Shown one piece after another: positions 60,552 to 64,000 of a stretch of DNA of 64,000 bases. Source of the stretch: Spirochaetaceae bacterium. GTDB lineage: Bacteria; Spirochaetota; Spirochaetia; DSM-2461. The first letter of the stretch is position 1. The number at the start of each line of letters is the position of its first letter. The notes beneath the pieces are model-generated. The model made no database searches. It was not told the origin of the DNA and saw only the letters and a list, made by a program, of their open reading frames with translations. The translations under genes were made by a program, and so were the position numbers. Where the stretch lies: assembly GCA_965224705.1 (NCBI GenBank), contig OZ245056.1, positions 1,024,001 to 1,088,000 of the forward strand. Direction: 5' to 3'.

Positions 60552-60983
60552 TTAGAAGATACTTCTTTGCCAGGTCCCCTCATTTATTTTTTGATTTGAT
60601 TCACCTTTTGAAAATCCATTTTGATCAAAGTGTAACTCTATAATAGGATATTTTCCATAATAAGTGTCTTGTCCTGCTTCAAACCTTAAATAAAAATATG
60701 GAGCGTCACTAGCTGAAGCATAGGTACCATCCCATAGTAATGAAAGTGTATGGTAGTGAATTGATGAAATCCTCTTTATTATAGCATCGGGAACTGTTAT
60801 TAGTTTATGGGGTAAAGATATTAAAATAGACTGGATTTCATTCTGACTAAAGGATATTTTTATTTCCTCTCCTGTAGAGTATGAAATCGTAATATCCCTT
60901 GGATTTTCAAATCTATCCTTATGAGCACGTACAGGACTGATTATCAGAACAAAGAAAATCAAAAAATAAAGATTTCTATTCAA
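60552..60983 (-). CDS. secreted hypothetical cassette protein
   Basis: Signal peptide; lies between two attC sites. Confidence 0.7.
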   Translation of the reverse strand: MNRNLYFLIFFVLIISPVRAHKDRFENPRDITISYSTGEEIKISFSQNEIQSILISLPHKLITVPDAIIKRISSIHYHTLSLLWDGTYASASDAPYFYLRFEAGQDTYYGKYPIIELHFDQNGFSKGESNQKINEGTWQRSIF

Positions 60984-61007
60984 TAGAGATATCCCTCCAA
61001 ATATTTC

Positions 61008-61152
61008 CTATAACGTTTTGCCGTTATACGACGTTTTGTGTTCTTGCCAAAGGCAAGATTGGCGGAAAAATTGCGAACTGCAATTTTTGTGACAAAACAA
61101 AATGTGCCGCAGGCCAAGGGCGAAGCCCGCAGCGTATGAACGGCTGTTATGC
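61008..61152 (-). other. attC site
   Basis: Minus strand GCATAAC AGCCGTTCATACG...CGTATAACGGC...GTTATAG. Confidence 0.8.
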
Positions 61153-61168
61153 GTTGTTTTTCCTTAGT

Positions 61169-61822
61169 TTAAAACACTTGATCATATTCTTCAAATATCT
61201 TGTCTATATTGAAATATATCAGCTCCCCATTAAAGGCTTCGCTTGGATGAACCTCAAAGACATCAAACATATGCCCATCATACTCTTGAAGGCTCTGCGA
61301 TACATAGTCAATATTATTCATTCCCATGAAGATATACTCTTCATTTGTAGAAATGACCGGATAGGCTGTTGATGATGTTAATCCGTCCCCTGAATGTGAT
61401 ATTGAATCGAATAATCCCCAAAATACATATCTAAAAAAATCTAATTTTTCATCTTCGGTAGCTACCAAGGCAGGTATTGCATGATAAATAAATTGCAATT
61501 CACCCAAATGATTTCTAACATTTTCTTTGATTAGCTCTACAGCAGATATGAATTCTTCCTGTTCATTCAAGGTTTTCAATTCCTTTGAAATAGCAGAACC
61601 ATAAACATTATAATATTCTGTATCCCCATACTTCATGCGCAGATCAAAAAAAGAAACTGCCTCACCAGAAAGACATTTTTCAACAAGGATACTGTAGCTT
61701 TCGTCATTTTCTGTACCTTCATCACCTGATAAGAGGGTGGGTTGCAGACTCAGCGAGAAGTACCCCAATAAGATGATTTTGAACCAAGTTAAGGAAAACA
61801 TTTTATCATTTCTCAATTTCAC
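61169..61822 (-). CDS. DUF4919-like secreted cassette protein
   Basis: SGDG...AYPVISTNEEY...YFNID pattern. Confidence 0.6.
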   Translation of the reverse strand: MKLRNDKMFSLTWFKIILLGYFSLSLQPTLLSGDEGTENDESYSILVEKCLSGEAVSFFDLRMKYGDTEYYNVYGSAISKELKTLNEQEEFISAVELIKENVRNHLGELQFIYHAIPALVATEDEKLDFFRYVFWGLFDSISHSGDGLTSSTAYPVISTNEEYIFMGMNNIDYVSQSLQEYDGHMFDVFEVHPSEAFNGELIYFNIDKIFEEYDQVF

Positions 61823-61848
61823 CGCTTTATCTCCTTGTCAAAAATAAC

Positions 61849-61887
61849 GCATAACTAAATCTTATCTCCACGAATTTCATACACTTA
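61849..61887 (-). other. attI-like site, array 2
   Basis: Same sequence as 43821-43858; core GTTATGC complements GCATAAC of the first cassette's attC. Confidence 0.7.
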
Positions 61888-62116
61888 ACCCCTTGCTCTG
61901 TCCAAAGGGCTGATAATTTGCCTGACCCCTGTTCTGGATATAGCGAAGATCCACACCCTCTTCAAGAAGATGAGTGGCAAAGGCGCGGCGCAGGGAATGA
62001 ATGGAGACATCCTTTGTTATTTTACATTTTTTGCAGGTATTGTCAAACACCGCCTGGGCAGAGTGGACAGAAAGGTGGGAGTTCGGTGTACGGCCTGGAA
62101 TCGGTCTATGCATCAA
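61885..62116 (-). pseudogene. second, further deleted copy of the tyrosine recombinase
   Basis: [22 protein letters not shown]; lacks the LGH and catalytic Tyr segment. Confidence 0.8.
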
Positions 62117-62160
62117 GGAGATCTCTAACCCACTCTGCGCCCTTAACCCAAGTTCAACAA

Positions 62161-62400
62161 ACTACATGCGTTCCAACCGGATTCAGCTTCTCATCAACAC
62201 GCCCAGCGACCGGTTCAGCCGAATTGGAGACGAGGATATGAGAACAGAAGCCGTATCGCTGAAGATTCCCTACACAACCACAACCAGTGCTGCCGCCGCG
62301 GCTGTCCATGGCATCCGTTATCTCCGGACCGGTAAGGTTAAAATCAATCCCCTGCCAGTCAGGCAATGATAGGTTCTTGATTTATTCAGAGTGGAAGACT
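62161..62400 (+). repeat. inverted 240-bp copy of the carB 3' end
   Basis: Encodes YMRSNRIQLLINTP...NPLPVRQ. Confidence 0.95.
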
Positions 62401-62632
62401 TTCATGACTGGTTGATTCATTTTCCTAACTGAAAGGGTAGCGTCTTTCAGCTTTGATTTCCACCCATAGATTGTGGCCGCAGAAACCCCGAATTCCTCTG
62501 AGAGATCAGCGGCCTTCCGTTTCTCCGGGCCGATCATCTTTTGCAAGATAGTATTCCTGAATTGAACACTGTAGCGTTGCATGTTGTCACCTCCTACGTT
62601 GACTTAACTTGTGTGACAACTACTTTGGCACA
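62401..62632 (-). pseudogene. IS3-family left end and orfA fragment
   Basis: Reverse copy of 50888-51108 and 57951-58180. Confidence 0.75.
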
Positions 62633-62679
62633 GCGCGATTTGGCGAAGCCCAAGCCGAAGGCGCAGCACATAGTTGTTG

Positions 62680-62969
62680 TTATATGCCGTTTTTTTTGAA
62701 TTTATGATAAGAAAATATATTTAGTGTTATTATCATAATAATTATAGATATGGACAAAGTAATTATTATTTCTTCAATAACCCAATTATCTTTTATACTA
62801 ATGAATTTTATAAATATAAATATAGTGTAGGTAACAATTTCAATAATACCAGCTATAATGAGAATAATTCTGTTTGTATTAACCTTTAAAAAAATCCTTG
62901 CAAGAAACATTATCAATACAAATGAAAATGAAAATATCACAGGAATAAATAGAATAAGATAAAAAAAAA
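62680..62969 (-). pseudogene. 3' part of a membrane-protein cassette gene cut by ISL3, with partial attC at 62636-62685
   Basis: Stop lies within ATATAAC, followed by GCTTCGCCAA shared with attC 60445-60535. Confidence 0.55.
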
Positions 62970-64000
62970 GGATCTTCCGGGTATCATGTGGAACAAGGCA
63001 TCAAATCCAGTCCTCCCAAATGGAAGAGAATGGCAGTTTTGAACCGCTCTTTATTGCGATATCCACAAGCTATTTTTTTGATTCTCTGAATACGCGCATT
63101 TTTGGCTTCCACCATGCTGTTATTCGCTTTTAAACGAATCGCATTAAGAATACCCCACAAATTCTTCTTAATAGTTTTATAAACCGCAATGATGGGCTTC
63201 AGTCTGGAATGGCTCATCCAATACAGCAGTTTTTTCCATTGTTTTTCAGCAACTCCCATATATGTATAATCCCAGAGAAGTGAAGCGGCTTCTTTAATTC
63301 GCCAGGCTCTTGCCGTCTTAAGATTCATCTTTGTCAGTGCCATAAAATCTTTCCGCCGGGAGCTTCTATTGTCGGTTTTTGAAGAACTTCTCAGCCATTG
63401 ATGTTTTGAGCGAATCAGTGTGCGGATGCCTTCATTCATTAATTGCCTATTCTCCTGTAATCGTACCCTGTCAAGGGCTTTGCCCAGATGCATTGAGACA
63501 TGAAACCTGTCGAAAGCGATTATTTCGGCTCCATTGGCGAAGTGCTTTTTCACCGCACTGATGAAAGGCTCCCACATATCCATGGAAATACTTCTTACGG
63601 TTTCTAGATCAAATATTTCTTGTTCAATAAACCACTTATTCAATGTTGATGCCTTTCTGTCATCAAGAATATCCATAACACAGTCCTTCTCTTTGTCCAG
63701 AAGGACCGTGACATATTCATGCCGTTTTTGAAACGAAGTCTCATCAATTCCCATGTCTCTCACATTGACTTTTTTTCGTCTTGCAAGCCCTCTTTTCACG
63801 GCTCTGCATTGTATGCCGTCCACCTCGTCCCAGCTCAATTCAAAACGTCTGGCTACTTTGGAAATCGATGCCTCCTCCAGCCACTCTATAATCCGGGACT
63901 CAAATTTTGCCGTGAATCGAGACCTGTCCTCAGCCCATGGAACTTTCACTTGTTTGATGCCATGTTCCGTACATTCCACTCCTGGGACTTTTGCCTCAAT
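62970..64000 (-). mobile_element. ISL3-family element; transposase ends at 62984 and runs off the window end
   Basis: VPWAE..SRFT, GIDETSF, SMDMW, FDRFH, ACGYRNKERF; terminal GGATCTTC. Confidence 0.9.

Overview
Bacterial chromosome window, probably a spirochaete judging from gene content (inference). About 1-11.3 kb is housekeeping (MinD/ParA-like 3' end, SEC59-like kinase, SIS protein, PIG-L deacetylase, clpB, MFS-HEAT protein, hisC, PrsW, tRNA-fMet, tRNA-Ala). Most of the rest is an accessory/defence region. It holds tandem AAA+PD-(D/E)XK genes and a phage head remnant (scaffold, MuF, CdiA-like nuclease with a convergent candidate small RNA). A type I-C CRISPR-Cas locus (IS1634 between cas3 and cas5; about 63 repeats and 62 spacers) is followed by a second, divergent cas5-cas8-cas7-cas3 module. 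Further on are a toxin-antitoxin pair and two oppositely oriented attC-type cassette arrays. Each array begins right after a decayed tyrosine recombinase that shows no IntI-type insertion, a shared attI-like site and a 240-bp copy of the carB 3' end. Cassettes include an Mrr-like nuclease and a whole restriction-modification system; a group II intron lies antisense in one attC. carAB and nfeD-SPFH sit between the arrays; IS3, IS256, ISL3 and MITE remnants are scattered throughout. Several frameshifts fall in homopolymers and may be assembly errors. All family calls come from recognising motifs by eye; no searches were run.
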